A stretch of DNA of 63,796 bases, filler included, from Folioceros fuciformis (Eukaryota), in NCBI GenBank assembly GCA_049999805.1. It is 10 parts of 10 records of this genome, joined end to end, with 100 filler letters (N's around TTAATTAATTAA, not from the genome) between each part and the next. Parts side by side here need not be neighbours in the genome. Positions count along the whole stretch, not along the records: positions 46,905 to 53,180 come from JBNGIO010001502.1; positions 53,281 to 57,130 come from JBNGIO010001503.1; positions 57,231 to 59,387 come from JBNGIO010001504.1; positions 59,488 to 63,796 come from JBNGIO010001506.1; 6 more parts are not named here. One strand, 5' to 3'. A program made the translations under genes and the position numbers. Each line of letters starts with the position of its first letter. Positions within the stretch are counted from its first letter, which is position 1. Below the pieces are notes generated by a model. It did not search any database, was not told where the DNA came from, and worked only from the letters and a program-made list of their open reading frames with translations. Below, one piece after another: positions 47,560 to 59,931 of this stretch.

Positions 47560-49985
47560 GATTCGCTGCTATGCCAGAAGAACAAAGTGAAGATCAAGGT
47601 AGGAGGGAAGAAGAAGATTGGGATCATAGAAGAAGATGCTCCGATTGGCAGAGTGATTACGAAGGCAGTCCTCACAAATAGTGACAGGCTTAGGAGGGCA
47701 TTGCAACATAATGATCCTATCAACATAGTCCGAGAATCTACTCATCGCAAACGGTGTAGGTGTATTCCACACATGAATATGGTCGCCATCAACATGCTTC
47801 GGTCAATAGACTACCTGACCAAAGATGCTCAGATATGTTGTGTTGATGAGTCGTGGGGAAACATCTGGTCCATGAGATAAAGAAAGGGCCTATTCATGAA
47901 GGTGTCTTGCCTTTACTGTGCATGATTGACCCAAAGGAGTGTGCATCGATCGCTAACTTTGAGCACGAGAAATTGAAGAAGCAAAAGTATACAATGGGAG
48001 TCATATGTGGTAACCATAGCTTCTATGCGTTCCAACAACTATCCGCAGAGGATCCGGAGAACTCTCACTATCAGTACATGGAGTCACATATATATGTAGG
48101 CCTAACACAACAGGAAATGCAATACCTTGCGACAGACTACAACGTGAAGGCAGACTTATAGAAGAAAATGTTCTTCATCAAGCAAGTCCAATACATTCAT
48201 GATGAGTTGAAAATTGCTAGTGACCAAGGGACGCTTGTGATGATGATGTGGAAGTATAATTTGTATCGAATGCTCGGAGTAATCGGGGATGCAAGTGATA
48301 GGGATGAGAAGAAACGTCTTGCAGATTAGAAGATAGCCGTGCTATATATGGCAAGTGTACCTCCTCACGTATGGGAGAAGGTTGACGAAGTATTCTGCTT
48401 GTGGGAGCGGGGCGAACTACCTGAGCAAGGGAACAGGGAAGAAGGCCAGCAAACGAGGCAAATTGCGGAGAGGGAATGCTGATGTGAAGCCTACTACTCA
48501 AGACCCCAACCTAATTATAAAACCAATGCATGCAACTGCATGGAAGGTTTTCTGAGGGATGCCACCTGGGGAAGCAAGAAACCGGATTATGATGTGTGCG
48601 CTACAGAAAGTCGTCCAAGGTGAACTAACGGTCAGTGGCATGAAGACATGGATTACGAAAGCCAAGAAGTTGAATATCTGTGAGCTCTCGATCTTTGGGG
48701 ATCCGGTCTCGGAACCTACCGATGTAAGAACGAACCCTTCTTGACCTACCAGAGAAGGACTGCGAAGGGAAGCGTTCCCACGCACCCACTCTCCCCGAAC
48801 AGGTCTACTTGCAGATGGAGGGAGGCCCTCGCTGGAGTTTCCCTCCCTGCAAGCGATTTCGAAGTCGGCGACGGCGAGACCGACGCTGAGGGGTCAGATT
48901 GGATATGCGATCCCTGGAGAGTGGCCAAGAGCTGGAAGAAGAGGAGGAATCAGGCACGGGTGGAATGAGCGGGAGGGGACCGAAGCGTCCCAAATAGAAT
49001 TGGGTAGTTAGGATCAGACGTGGTAGAGGGGGTAGTTTAAGCGCCGTTTAATGCGCTTAAGCGCTGTGGCAGGTGAGAGACCATCAATGGCTGCCTACCC
49101 GACCAACCATCCCAACCGACAGTAGCCAGGAACTCTATAAGAGTCATAGGGCTCAAGAGATAAAGTGGTCGTTCTCCGTTTTTCACCAAGCTTGAGCACA
49201 CTTGTTCGTGTTCCAACGAGTGCGCTCCTGCCGGCTGCGTCGTCTGCAGTGTCTGGTAGCTTGGTGGGGATCGTGACGGCCCAGACGCCTGGATGTGAGG
49301 TGCCGTGTTTTGCACGCACGCCTGTGGTGTCCGACCTGGGTGAGTTTGTCGAGAAGGGCCCGGGTCTTCGACTTAGCGCGAGCTGACTAGAGATCTTCGA
49401 TACCACCGCATCAGTGGTCCTCCTCGTGAACGAGGTCAGGCAACCACTCCCCTGACGAAGGAAGAATGAAGGAGTTGCATAGGTAGGTATGGAGTAGAGG
49501 AGTTGAGGGAGTTGAGTTGAGAAGGGAAGGCTGGTTTGGGAGAATTAGATCGAGGAGAAGAAGAGACGAGAGCAAGAGAGGAAGTGTTGGACTAGCCACA
49601 AGGAAATAACCGGGGAAGAGAGTGAGGAACGTGGGTGTCCTACCGGAGTGAGTCGCTGACAGCAGAGGCGTGGTTGGGAGGCAGGAGGTGTATTCCAGCT
49701 CGCGAGGGTCGTGGTAGAAGAGAGGTACGAGTAGAGTCGTTCACACACAACTGGGGCAGGCCCTCCTTCGAGGGAACGAAACCTGCTAGACTACACGACA
49801 GCGGGATAGGTGTGGCCGCTAAAGGGAAGCCCCCAGGGTTTTTCCACCACAATATCATACAAACGCCTTTATGTTCTGGTTTGCGATGTGCCTTGGGTGC
49901 GGAAGTCGAGTTGGAATACCCAAAACACTCGAGCCCAGAAGACATAGGAAAATTCCAACTAGTATTCGACCATATTGTAAGTTAT
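47560..49985 (+). pseudogene. Degenerate ParB/Srx-like domain ORF of probable transposon origin, split by a solo LTR
   Basis: PLLCMID...MGVICGNHSFYAFQQL...IYVGLTQQEMQYLATDYN resembles the ParB-like I/V-x-G-N-H motif. The frame resumes after the TSD (AKKLNI|IQTPLC...EYPKHSS). Confidence 0.55.
48679..49851. mobile_element. Solo LTR (1173 bp) with 5-bp TSD ATATC, a distant relative of the 19501/45690/57461 LTR family
   Basis: TGTGAG...CCACA flanked by ATATC (48674-48678 and 49852-49856). The terminal ~120 bp (CCTTTAG-GGCCACAC-TATCCC-CTGTCG) are shared with the other long LTRs. Confidence 0.9.
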
Positions 49986-50399
49986 CTAACTAGAAGTGAC
50001 TGTTGTGTCTTCACGGCACGCCCTTGGGTGTGCCAATCTATTCATAGGCCTCACCACTCATGTTGTGACAATAACTAGGCATTGGACCCAAATACATGGA
50101 GATATGTTTCAGCATATTAACAAGGTCTGCACCTAACGATCGTATTCCGCCAAATCAGGCTTCGGGTGATTTTCTTTGTTTTTTTTCGTGGCACATATCC
50201 ACGATTCATGCTATTTGGTGTGGAAGATCCCTAAAAATATAGAACAATGTTCATGACGCACTTCGTATTCATCATGTTTACCAAGAAACTAGGTGAAATT
50301 GCGGGTTGTGAACAATAAAATTCCTTGATACTATCCAATTCCATGCTTGGTCTGCCACTATCGGCTGCAGCTAGATGCGATGATAATTTCCAAAATCGG

Positions 50400-50720
50400 C
50401 ATTACTAGAAGTTGCAAAATGTGAGCGGTTTTTTGAATATCAATCATTTATGCACACATGCGCTGGTTAGCCAACGCATAATCGTAATGAGTGCGCCGAT
50501 CTATTGGCGCACTCAGTACTTCAGTGCGCTGATAGACCGGCGCACTCCTTGAGGGAGTGCGTTGATCAGCTGGTGAACACCCACATAGGGTATGGGGGAA
50601 GTGCAACATAACCATTCGTCAGGGTGCGCCGATACGCCGGCTCACACATAGATCGAGTGCGCCAATCTATCTGCGCACCCCCACAAGATCTGTGCCGCCT
50701 GACCAGAGCACTACTAGAAG
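50400..50720 (+). mobile_element. Probable CACTA (En/Spm) terminus with subterminal inverted repeats
   Basis: CATTACTAGAA at 50400, CACTACTAGAA at 50709, and several GTGCGCC...GGCGCAC hairpin units at 50490-50700. Confidence 0.55.
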
Positions 50721-50899
50721 AGGCATTCATGATGCTAGCAAACCGAGTGATGCACTTATGAATAGCCAACCACAGCTCTCTGCAAACAATGTTCATATAT
50801 AGGGTGTGTGGTATACATGAAAGTACTTTACCAATATAGTCTAAGTGTCCGCTAGTTGGTCATCGATTCCATCTGGAGCATTTTCCTGATCTTGTTTAA

Positions 50900-51600
50900 G
50901 CACATACAAGTTCTTTCTAATAAGGTTTTGAGTGCGAGCATGCAGCTGTTTTTGGCAAGTCAACTCAAATCCATACGCTAAAATGAAAGTGTTCGCAATA
51001 GAAAGTATGTTAATATGCTTCCAAAGTCTTCGGCTTGGCCATCACTTTCGTCCTCGTCTAGAACCCCTGGGAGGTTCTTCATTTGGCAATATCATCTCCT
51101 CTTGATATCGACCTTCAAATGCATTTGAACATTGGGTGACCCGCCAATGGACTGTGATACTTTGAATGTCATGGTCCTTCTGTGTGTCCAACACTTTGGC
51201 GATCCAAAAATGCCTATTGTCTTCGTCTGTCTCGCATGGGACAACAATTATGTGCCCTGCTTCTATCTTTGATACATCTCCATTGAAGCTGTCACGATGG
51301 TTGCGAACATGAGCCTCTCTTCTATACGCACCCACATACATGTCTCTTCTAGGAACTTCTCGCATCCGTGGGTTTTCTACCTCCAATGCATTTGGCACGT
51401 GTAACGGTGTATTCAACAACTCTGCCACATCGCGATTATACCATCGCCATGGCCACAAGAGGTCTTGCTCCACACCCGAATTTATTATTTGAACAATGGC
51501 CTCTTGCTCTGCCCAAAATGAATCCCACCAGATGTCCTCGCCCACACTTAAGTGCTGCCGTAATTTGCACTCCAATCTTGATCGAATCTACGACAAGTTG
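50900..51600 (-). pseudogene. DNA-transposon-associated ORF fragment with a BAH/chromo-like beta domain
   Basis: IEAGHIIVVPCETDEDNRHFWIAKVLD...ITVHW; frameshifted near 51042; truncated upstream by a Copia LTR. Confidence 0.45.
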
Positions 51601-51612
51601 TATCTTGGCACA

Positions 51613-53180
51613 TTGTCATTAATAGTCTTCTGTTTCCTACTCCTTGTCGTTCATGAACAGCGATTAGGATTGCATTAAGCGCACGACCGTGCTAGGAAAG
51701 ACACACGACGCTAGAGTGCAAACAAGTGAACTAGCATTCAAGCGACGTTCGCGTGGTGTTCACGAGACATGGCAGTTACTAATGACTAACCGTCGTTCGT
51801 AGCCCTAGGATAGAATATGTATATATATATTTAAATTTAACCTAACTACATAGCCTAATTAGGTAAAGCGAACATCCTTCCAACACTCCTCACCTGCAGA
51901 TGCATCAGTGGAGCGGCTTTCATAACCTCATCCGGAACTAGTTTGAGAAATTCCATATCATCATCAGGCGACCAGTATTGATCTACTACTACATAGCCTA
52001 ATTAGGTAAAGCAAACATCCTTCCAACACCCCCACTTGAGCTTTACGCCTTAATCTGTCCATGGCGGCGCTCGCTCTCCGACTGCTGTCAGTCCTCCGAT
52101 GGCTGCTGGAGCGGCTGATCGCCTTTCTTGCCTGCATTCTTGTCACGATTGATTTTCTAACCTCCGAGCACGAAGTCGCCTGGAATGGTACTCTGCAACA
52201 TGACTGCCCGCCGCCATAGTTGGTCACCGCTGCGTTGCTCTCAGAGACAATCAAGACTGAAGCAACACTCTCCTTTTCGACTTCACAGCATCTGAGCTTG
52301 TCCCAATGGCGCCTCTGAGTGATTGACGTCCAGCAGCCAGCAGCCAGCAGCCTGTTGTGCATTTCAGTGATCACAGGCAGTTAGGCCTAGTCTTTTTGCA
52401 TGTTTGGTATGCAGCTCTTTAGACAAGGCCTTGGTCAGCAAGTCGGCTGGGTTTTCTGCTGTAGAAATATAGGTCACAACAATCTTTCCATCTACTACTA
52501 CTTCTCTAATAAAGTGGTGATCGATCTCTATATGCTTCGTTTTTTAGTGGAATACTGGATTCTTGGTGAGCGCAATTGCGCCTTGGTTATCACAGTACAC
52601 CATTGTTGCATGTTTTTGGGCCACCCCAACGTCAGCTAAGTTCCTCCTTACCCAGATTGTTTCTTTTGCTGCTATTGTCAATGCCTTGTACTCGGCCTCA
52701 GTGCTTGAGGTGGAGACTGTGGCCTTTTTCTTGCTTGACCATGAGACGGGTCCCCCTGCTAGCATGAATACGAACGCTGACAGTGATTTCCTTTTGTTTA
52801 GGTCCGAAGCCCAATCCGAGTCACAAAATCCTTCGAGGGTAAGGTTCCCTCCCTCTGTGCCTGCATATACTATCCCATGAGTAGGTGTGTACTTCAGGTA
52901 TCTAAAGGTGCATTTCACCTGGCTCCAGTGCTCAGGACTTGGGTTCTCCAGAAACTGTGACTCTAAGCTGACAGCAAATGCAATATCTGGCCTTGTTACA
53001 TTTGCAAGATAGATAAGTGTGCCCACAGCATGTCTATACAGAGTCTTTGCCATTTCTTTAGCTTCCTCAGGTGTCAATGGTTCCAGAGTCCTGGTCAGCT
53101 TCAGACCAGTTGCAAGCGGAGTTGCACACCCATTTGCTTCAGCCAGGTTAAATCTTTTCAAGCCCTCTTTTATGTATTTT
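51613..53180 (-). mobile_element. Copia RT-RNase H 3' end with a duplicated PPT/LTR-start junction
   Basis: YRHAVGTLIYLANVTRPDIAFAV, GFCDSDWASD, CDNQGAIALTKNPVFH; GTGGGGG-TGTTGGAAGG at 52035 and GTGAGGAG-TGTTGGAAGG at 51893. The left boundary is approximate. Confidence 0.85.
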
Positions 53181-54763
53181 NNNNNNNNNNNNNNNNNNNN
53201 NNNNNNNNNNNNNNNNNNNNNNNNTTAATTAATTAANNNNNNNNNNNNNNNNNNNNNNNNNNNNNNNNNNNNNNNNNNNNTGTAGCGACCGGGAAGCTTG
53301 AGTGGAGGAGCGTCGTGGCCGAGAAGCTCGAGTGCAGCGACTCCGCGAGATTGTTCTTATCTAGTAGCAGACAACGCCTTTTTTTGACAACGGTTCAGAC
53401 TTCAGATGCTTTGGCCAATCTTCATTTTGCGGCCAATGCCGAAAAGGTGTCTCCGCGAGGCTCGGCAGCAGAGACGATGCTGCAGACTTCACATGCTTTA
53501 TGCTTTGGCGTGTTTCATTTTGCGGCCAGAACCAAAAGGAAGGCTCGGCAGCAGAATGAAGATAGGCCAGAGCATCGAAAGTCTTCAAGTGTTTTTCTGG
53601 AGAAGAATGAAGATGCCAGAGCATCGAAGGTGTTTTCTTTCTGACTAAGTCGAAGGTTGCAGATTTGGGCGTCTCCAAGCTGGCTTGCGCTGTGGTAGCC
53701 GCGCCTGTTGGACAGCTTTGATTCAAGGCACTTGGGGCTACATGGATCCGGCATACTGTGTGAGCCTATAGCTGACTCCCAATATGGATGTTCACGGCTC
53801 CGGCGTTGGCCCGGTCGGACTCGTCTCTGCAAAGCCTGCCATGGACAGAGGGAAGTGGGAAGAACTCGTCGACCCTGGGTTGGCAGGCACGTGAAGTGCA
53901 GCCAATGAGCGAGCATCGACAGACTCTGTGTGGACTGTTTTGGTTGGTAGGTACTTGGCTTTCACGTGGCGAAAGCGTCCCTAAAGAGTTGCGAACGGTC
54001 TCTCTTGTCTGGGGCTGGGGCTCTCCTCTTCCCATACGATCATGTCCTCCATCCTCTTCAGCCACAGAATGTTGACTGTAATGGCTGTGCTTCATCTTAC
54101 TTCGCGTGCCTGCAAGTGCCCCTCTTAGTCTCTGTGCAGCTGCAGTCCTCGGAGCTGAGTTTCAACTATCTCTGATTTTCACAGTTTAAGAACAATCTGC
54201 TTGTAGAGGCATCATGGGCTGATGGATGTCAAACTATACGTATCATGATACAGACAGCGCGTATGATCACGATGGTATGGGTATAATGACCGCCTCCCTG
54301 AAATTTCCTGACGGGCTATGACTTGCCCAGTGGTTTGACAGAACGACGCTGCCATCGTCGTCTACCTGGTTTCTGAGAATGGGATGGTGTAGTGAAAGTG
54401 AATTTGTGATGGCGGAAAAGCTCAGCTCAGGAGGTGAAGAACCAGAGTCAGAGCTACTTCCCTCCTCCTCCGCTTGACAAAAACTGTACGTGCATCATCG
54501 GCTCTCGGTGGAGAAGGAACTCACGTATCTTCCTTCCCTATGCCATTGCTTTCAAACATTTGTGAGTTACGTATCTGCACATTCGTGTGGGAATATTTGA
54601 AATTTGTGTTCGTACATTTGTGTTGTGGCGCTCGCAAGCAGATAGTACGAGGATTGACGATCCGTGCACTTAGAGATCTTCCTTCTAAAGCTAAGGCTCG
54701 CTACCTGTAAGTGTCCTGGAAATATGTACAGGCAAGACTGATGTTGCGTCACACCATGATCGA

Positions 54764-57130
54764 TCAAAGCACACGGTTGAAGAGCAGCTGGTTAAGGTGG
54801 TGATGCATTTTCGCTGAGGGGGAGGTCCAGCCGTCGGTGTCAGTGTAGAGGTAATATGCGGTTTTGGCGTTGTCCAGAAAGACGTGCTTGCACGCCATGG
54901 GCGCAGACGATGGAGTGAAGACATGTTGCACCAGCTGTTTCATGCTTGAATCCGCTACAGCGCGGATGTCGTGGACCGCTTCCTCCTCGCTCTTCTCTGG
55001 GTGCTCTCGCATATGGATGACCATGCTGTTGATTTCCGGTATCCCACTCTGTGGCGGTAGCCGACACAGGCACGGCAATTCAGGATTGAACGGGTGGCGA
55101 AGATGTGATGCTGTCAGTGAGATGAACGGAATTGGACGAATGCGCTATGTATCGCACCTGGTAAGATCTGATGTCGTTCAAGAGGCGCACCACAGTCCCA
55201 GCCTCCATGTTGAGGGCGTGGTACTCCGACTGGATGGCCACTTCGCTCAGTTCCACACCGGGTATCAAGAAGCTAGGTCCCAGGCTACAGAGTTCCAGGC
55301 CGATGCTGATTGCGCCGACTTGGATGAAGTGGTCCCAGGCTGGGATGGTGCCTTCCCGCCTCCACTTGGCTCGGACTCTCACGCTTTCTGCGAAGCGTTG
55401 CCACTGCACGCGCGGGGGAGGATGTGGGCGGTGATGCAGAAAACCAAGGCACAAGGTTACGGAATGAGAAGTAATGAGAGCTCTGATCCTCACTTACCGA
55501 TGCGATCACATGCCTGCTCACATCGCGGCCCTGCCCCTCGGATGCTTTCTCTGCTATTTCAACTATGGTGTCGTAGATGCCCATGAAAACGATGCGTTGC
55601 CTAAGGTTGGTGTGGTCGATCTTGGACGGGTCCCAGCTGCAACACGTGTGATGCGAGCAAAAAGTGAAGTGACGAAACCAAGACTGTCCCCTCATGCATT
55701 GAAGACGATGGTTGTGGACGATTGGGCCATGGGAACAGTACAGTACCTTTTCGTGGCAGCCTGGAACCGGTCGAGCTCCTCCTGAGGAGCCCCGGACAAG
55801 GTGGTGTAATCGTCGGCCATTGTGGCGAGGAGCATGAGCTGGGTCCTGGCCCTGCGCACCGCGGCCATCTCCGGCTCGAAACTCGTGGAAGCCGAGCACA
55901 GGAAGCCTGGCATCACCGTGTGGTGGCGAGCAAATCCAAGACGGTCGAAGCGGCATTCCGATATCCATCTACATACATGCACAGCGCGCGCACGAATAAG
56001 TGAAGGCATGGAAGCGTGACAAATTGTGGAGCCTTAGCTCCATGCATGACGATTGCAGGCTGCCGGAAGGATCCTATACACGTACTCCTTCAACGCCACC
56101 AGCTCTGCGCGGTACATATTTTGGCATACGTTGAAGTCTGCTTTTGCAAGGGACAGGAACGCTGAGTTGCAGACGCCATACATCCTGCACAATGTTTGAA
56201 AACGATGGATGCAGCCACGCAGATTTCCGTCAAATCTCTTAGCTTTTGTGGGCTCTGAGAAGGAACAAGGTTGTCAAGTAGAAGCAGCACGATCAGATGA
56301 AACCAACCTGTACACACTCTTAGCGACCCACACGTCGTCAGGGCCGTACTGGTCGATGTAAGCTCTGGTCTCCAAGCGAGGGAAACTAGAGTACCAGGGC
56401 CAGGTCAAAGCGTACTCCAGCTCTCCCCGGAGATCTTTGGGCACAACCCACCTGTCCGATACATGCGGCAGTCGTCGTTTCTCCTCCAGATGGAATCGCG
56501 TGTACTCCCAGGCCTCCTCCAGCAGGTTCTCGTCGGGGAAGCGCATCTGCGACGCGCGGTGCAGATTGAACATGGGGGTAACATCGGTGTCAAGGTCGCA
56601 CCCGTGGTCGATCCAGCACGAAAACTCGTCTCCCTTGCAGAAAGACTTGAACACATCTGCACGTGCGGTACATGAACGAAGTCAACAAAACAAAACGTCT
56701 GGGGTTGAGCGGTAGCGCGAGGATCGAACCTGCGGAGACGGGGTAGCCATGTTGGCGCAAGAGGCGGAAGCCCATGCTGGTGTCGTCCAGATCAGTGACG
56801 TTGCAATCGGTGGCCCAGCTCAGTCCCCGCTGAGTCCATCGCTTGAAGGCGAAGTCCAAAATGTCCTTGATCTCGGACTGGAAGTGGCGCGCGATTCCCA
56901 AGCGCTGCAGCCGGTCCACGATCCACAGCCGCTCGAAGATGTCCACGGGCGAGTGGTTGGGTATGACACCCCCCGTGGTGTCCACCAGCCGGCTCAGGTA
57001 CTCCAGCGCGTTGCTGTCGCCGGTGTGCATGTACAAGCAGGCCGTGGAGGCCGGAGAGGTTAGCATGTGGCCCGCCGGCGACTGCAGCCTCCGGATCTTG
57101 TCCCAGTCGATACCCTCCAGGGCATCCATC
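54764..57130 (-). CDS. Diterpene synthase (gamma-beta-alpha, CPS/KS family), 5' end in a gap; probably class II (CPS-like) only
   Basis: SPASTA, PNHSPVDIFERLW, DxDD motif DLDDTSMGFRLLR, RLETRAYIDQYG. The alpha domain has DDYTT in place of DDxxD and NDIRSYQ. GT-AG introns such as 56729-56657; ends QLLFNRVL*. Confidence 0.9.
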
Positions 57131-57230
57131 NNNNNNNNNNNNNNNNNNNNNNNNNNNNNNNNNNNNNNNNNNNNTTAATTAATTAANNNNNNNNNNNNNN
57201 NNNNNNNNNNNNNNNNNNNNNNNNNNNNNN

Positions 57231-57461
57231 AGGTGCAGCTGACCGCCGGACAGCGAGGCCTGTCCTACGCCTGATCGGAGCTGGAGGGGAGCCCTCGAAT
57301 CCATCATCGAGTTGATCAAGTCCGACCCTCCATCCACAGCAGCAAGGAACCCCATCGCTCCTTCGTGGGAACGAAACCCAATGTCTCAACGACAGTGGGA
57401 TAAGTGTGGCCACTAAAGGTGGAATCCGTCGGCAATCAGTGCCCGGGGTTTTGCCTCCACA
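57231..57461. mobile_element. Long LTR, copy 3 (inverted relative to copies 1-2), truncated by a gap
   Basis: Reverse complement of 19501-19731; ends ...TTGCCTCCACA. Confidence 0.85.
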
Positions 57462-57703
57462 AGCAGTGTTCGCGTGGAGCCGTTCACGGGAATCTGAAAC
57501 GCCGTCGTCATAACAGAGCCCGTTTGGATAAATGGCTTATTTTGGTGAATTTAACGCAAGGGAAAGTGGGAGGCCGGTAGCAGGCCCCGGATCAGAACTC
57601 TGCAGTTAAGCGGCCAGGGGACCGGTCAGTGCCCGGATGGGGTGATGACCAGAATTGCGTTCTTATTTTTGGTGGACTTTACTGGTTTTAACCCGTCGAG
57701 GTT

Positions 57704-58064
57704 AAGTGGGAGTGTTGGTTTAATAACCCCGACGGTTAAATATCCCTCCTTACTTTTAGGTTATGTTATTTAGGGTTAATAGGGTACTTTTTGTATATAA
57801 CATTTTTCTGCTCATTATTGAATACACATCGTTTTGTTCTATTGCTCTCGCATGCCTCTGCATGCTGGCCTTTCTTGCTAGATGCATGAGGTATCTCCGC
57901 AGGGCGCAATCAGGAAGGGAAGCCATCCCGCGATCGCGGCACAGTGGCGATTTGCTACCATCGAGAGAGCTTGCTTAGTGTAGATAGGACACTCTTGTAT
58001 TCTTTGTGATGGTCTTTTTACATGTGCTTGGGACTGGCCAAGAAATAGGCGTCCCTGCCCAACA
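57704..58064 (+). mobile_element. PPT plus 3' LTR (57713-58064) of a Copia-like element
   Basis: AAGTGGGAG followed by TGTTGG...CCAACA inverted termini. Confidence 0.7.
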
Positions 58065-58375
58065 ACTAGGGTTGTTTGGGCCGTTAAATGTTTGTTAGAA
58101 CTAGTTATTCCTAAGTAAAATGCTTAATACTTGTTTAGCGGCTAGTTAACCTAGGGTTAATTACCGATTCGATTTAATGGCTACACAAAGTCATGTTAGT
58201 CTAACCTTGTCTTCAACTTGGTTGTCTGTCCCGTTAGGAGAGTCTTGTTAGGCACCTTCTTGATCGGTTCTTGCTGCCCCGTTTGGCTATGGCTGGAGGC
58301 GGCTTCATTCCCGTTAGCTACACACGCAGATTGGCCATGGTGGTGCGTGTGTCACGATTGGTGCTGATTTCCTGG

Positions 58376-59387
58376 TGTTAACAAGAACGTTAGGGTTATG
58401 TATGAGTAACCGACGTCATGGTTAGAATGATATTTAGCTATTGTCCAAAGGTCACTTACAATATATATATAAGACATTATGTACCTTTTTTTAATTTGAT
58501 TAATTACAATATATTTTTCTCTTCCTCTGTCTACTATGTATAGCAACTAATATCTTTGTCATGGTATCAGAGCATTCCTAGATCCATTTTGGTATAGGAT
58601 GGTAAAATTCTTTCTTTGTTAAAAATCTTATTTGTTGAAACATGGATCGTGTGAGAAATTTTGATTTAATCAAAATACTATTTTTTCACATATATGTGGA
58701 GATTCTTGCACGCAGACTCATGTCTATTTTGCACAATAGAATTATCTAATTCTTACGTTTCCGCTGCTTAGCTAGGCAAAGCATGCAGACAGATATACCC
58801 TTGTGTCAAGATGCCTCGTAAAAATAGATATCGAAGGTCTCGAACCGGGAACTACACAGACACTTTTACACAATCTACAGTGCCTAAAAACTTCTCTGGT
58901 GTCCAGGCTTGTCCTTCATTTGGATCTCCGAGGTCTTCTTCTCATCCTATCCTGCAGAGAACCAGATCAGAGTTCCCTCACACTGATTTTCTCAACGGAG
59001 TCAAGGAAGGAGCAAGCTAACCTCTCAGACTTCATTCCCCGTTGAGACTTCCTGCGATCTCCAATTCACAGATTTCACTTATTTTAGAGGATTGCTCATT
59101 CGAGCAATTTCGAGAAGTGAAGATCTCATCTGGAATCGCACAACACAAATTTTGTGTAGTATTGCAGGACTCAAAACTGATCTGGATCTGCTGACTGAAA
59201 AATTGAGCAACGTACTTCATTTGGAGAGAGCATCTCTGCCCAAGGGTCGTTGCCATTCAGCCCTTTGATGCCATTTTCTGAGAATCAGAACAAGGCGCCT
59301 ATGATCTAGGCGCGGTTCTTACCAATTCGTGGACATCAATTGAGGATCTTGGTGGATTTATATGTTCAACATTAAGGCGTCGTCTCC
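58376..59387 (+). mobile_element. 5' LTR, tRNA-iMet PBS (58562-58574) and leader/gag start of a Copia-like element
   Basis: TGTTAAC... followed by TGGTATCAGAGCA; a gag-like WIYMFNIKASS just before the gap. Confidence 0.65.
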
Positions 59388-59705
59388 NNNNNNNNNNNNN
59401 NNNNNNNNNNNNNNNNNNNNNNNNNNNNNNNTTAATTAATTAANNNNNNNNNNNNNNNNNNNNNNNNNNNNNNNNNNNNNNNNNNNNCGAGCCATCGTGC
59501 TCTCTACCACTATCACCACGAAGATGGTTAGGGCGATGGTCGCCATCAGCTCTGTAAGTAGGCACCAGGTCGCAGGCGTGGCTTCCATGATGCGTATAGA
59601 GGTATACGAAGAGCCTGCCGTGAGGAGCTTGCTTCGCGCCTGAACGTTGTGTCCGCACAGCCCGTTTTTATTGGATGCTCTGCTGTTTAACCCTACGGAC
59701 GGGTT

Positions 59706-59931
59706 AAGAGGGAGTGTTAGTAAATAGGGACTTTTTACCCCGCCCTTGGGTTAAATAGTTTAGGGTAATATACCTTTTCGTAACTTAGGGTTACACATAT
59801 AATTTTGTATATAAACACACATTGCCTTTGATTTAATTTATCATTTTTGTGCACCTGTATGTTCAGAGTAGAATAGCTTCCACTTATTTATTTACACCTC
59901 GTTAGTAGCTTTCGACCATGTGAAACCTAGC
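59706..59931 (+). mobile_element. PPT plus 3' LTR (from 59715; end approximate) of a Copia-like element
   Basis: AAGAGGGAG followed by TGTTAG; AT-rich, with TTAGGG motifs. Confidence 0.65.

Noticed and set aside
53315-54175. Same-frame minus-strand ORFs downstream of the terpene synthase
   Set aside because: Interrupted by stops, low-complexity repeats, no identifiable family
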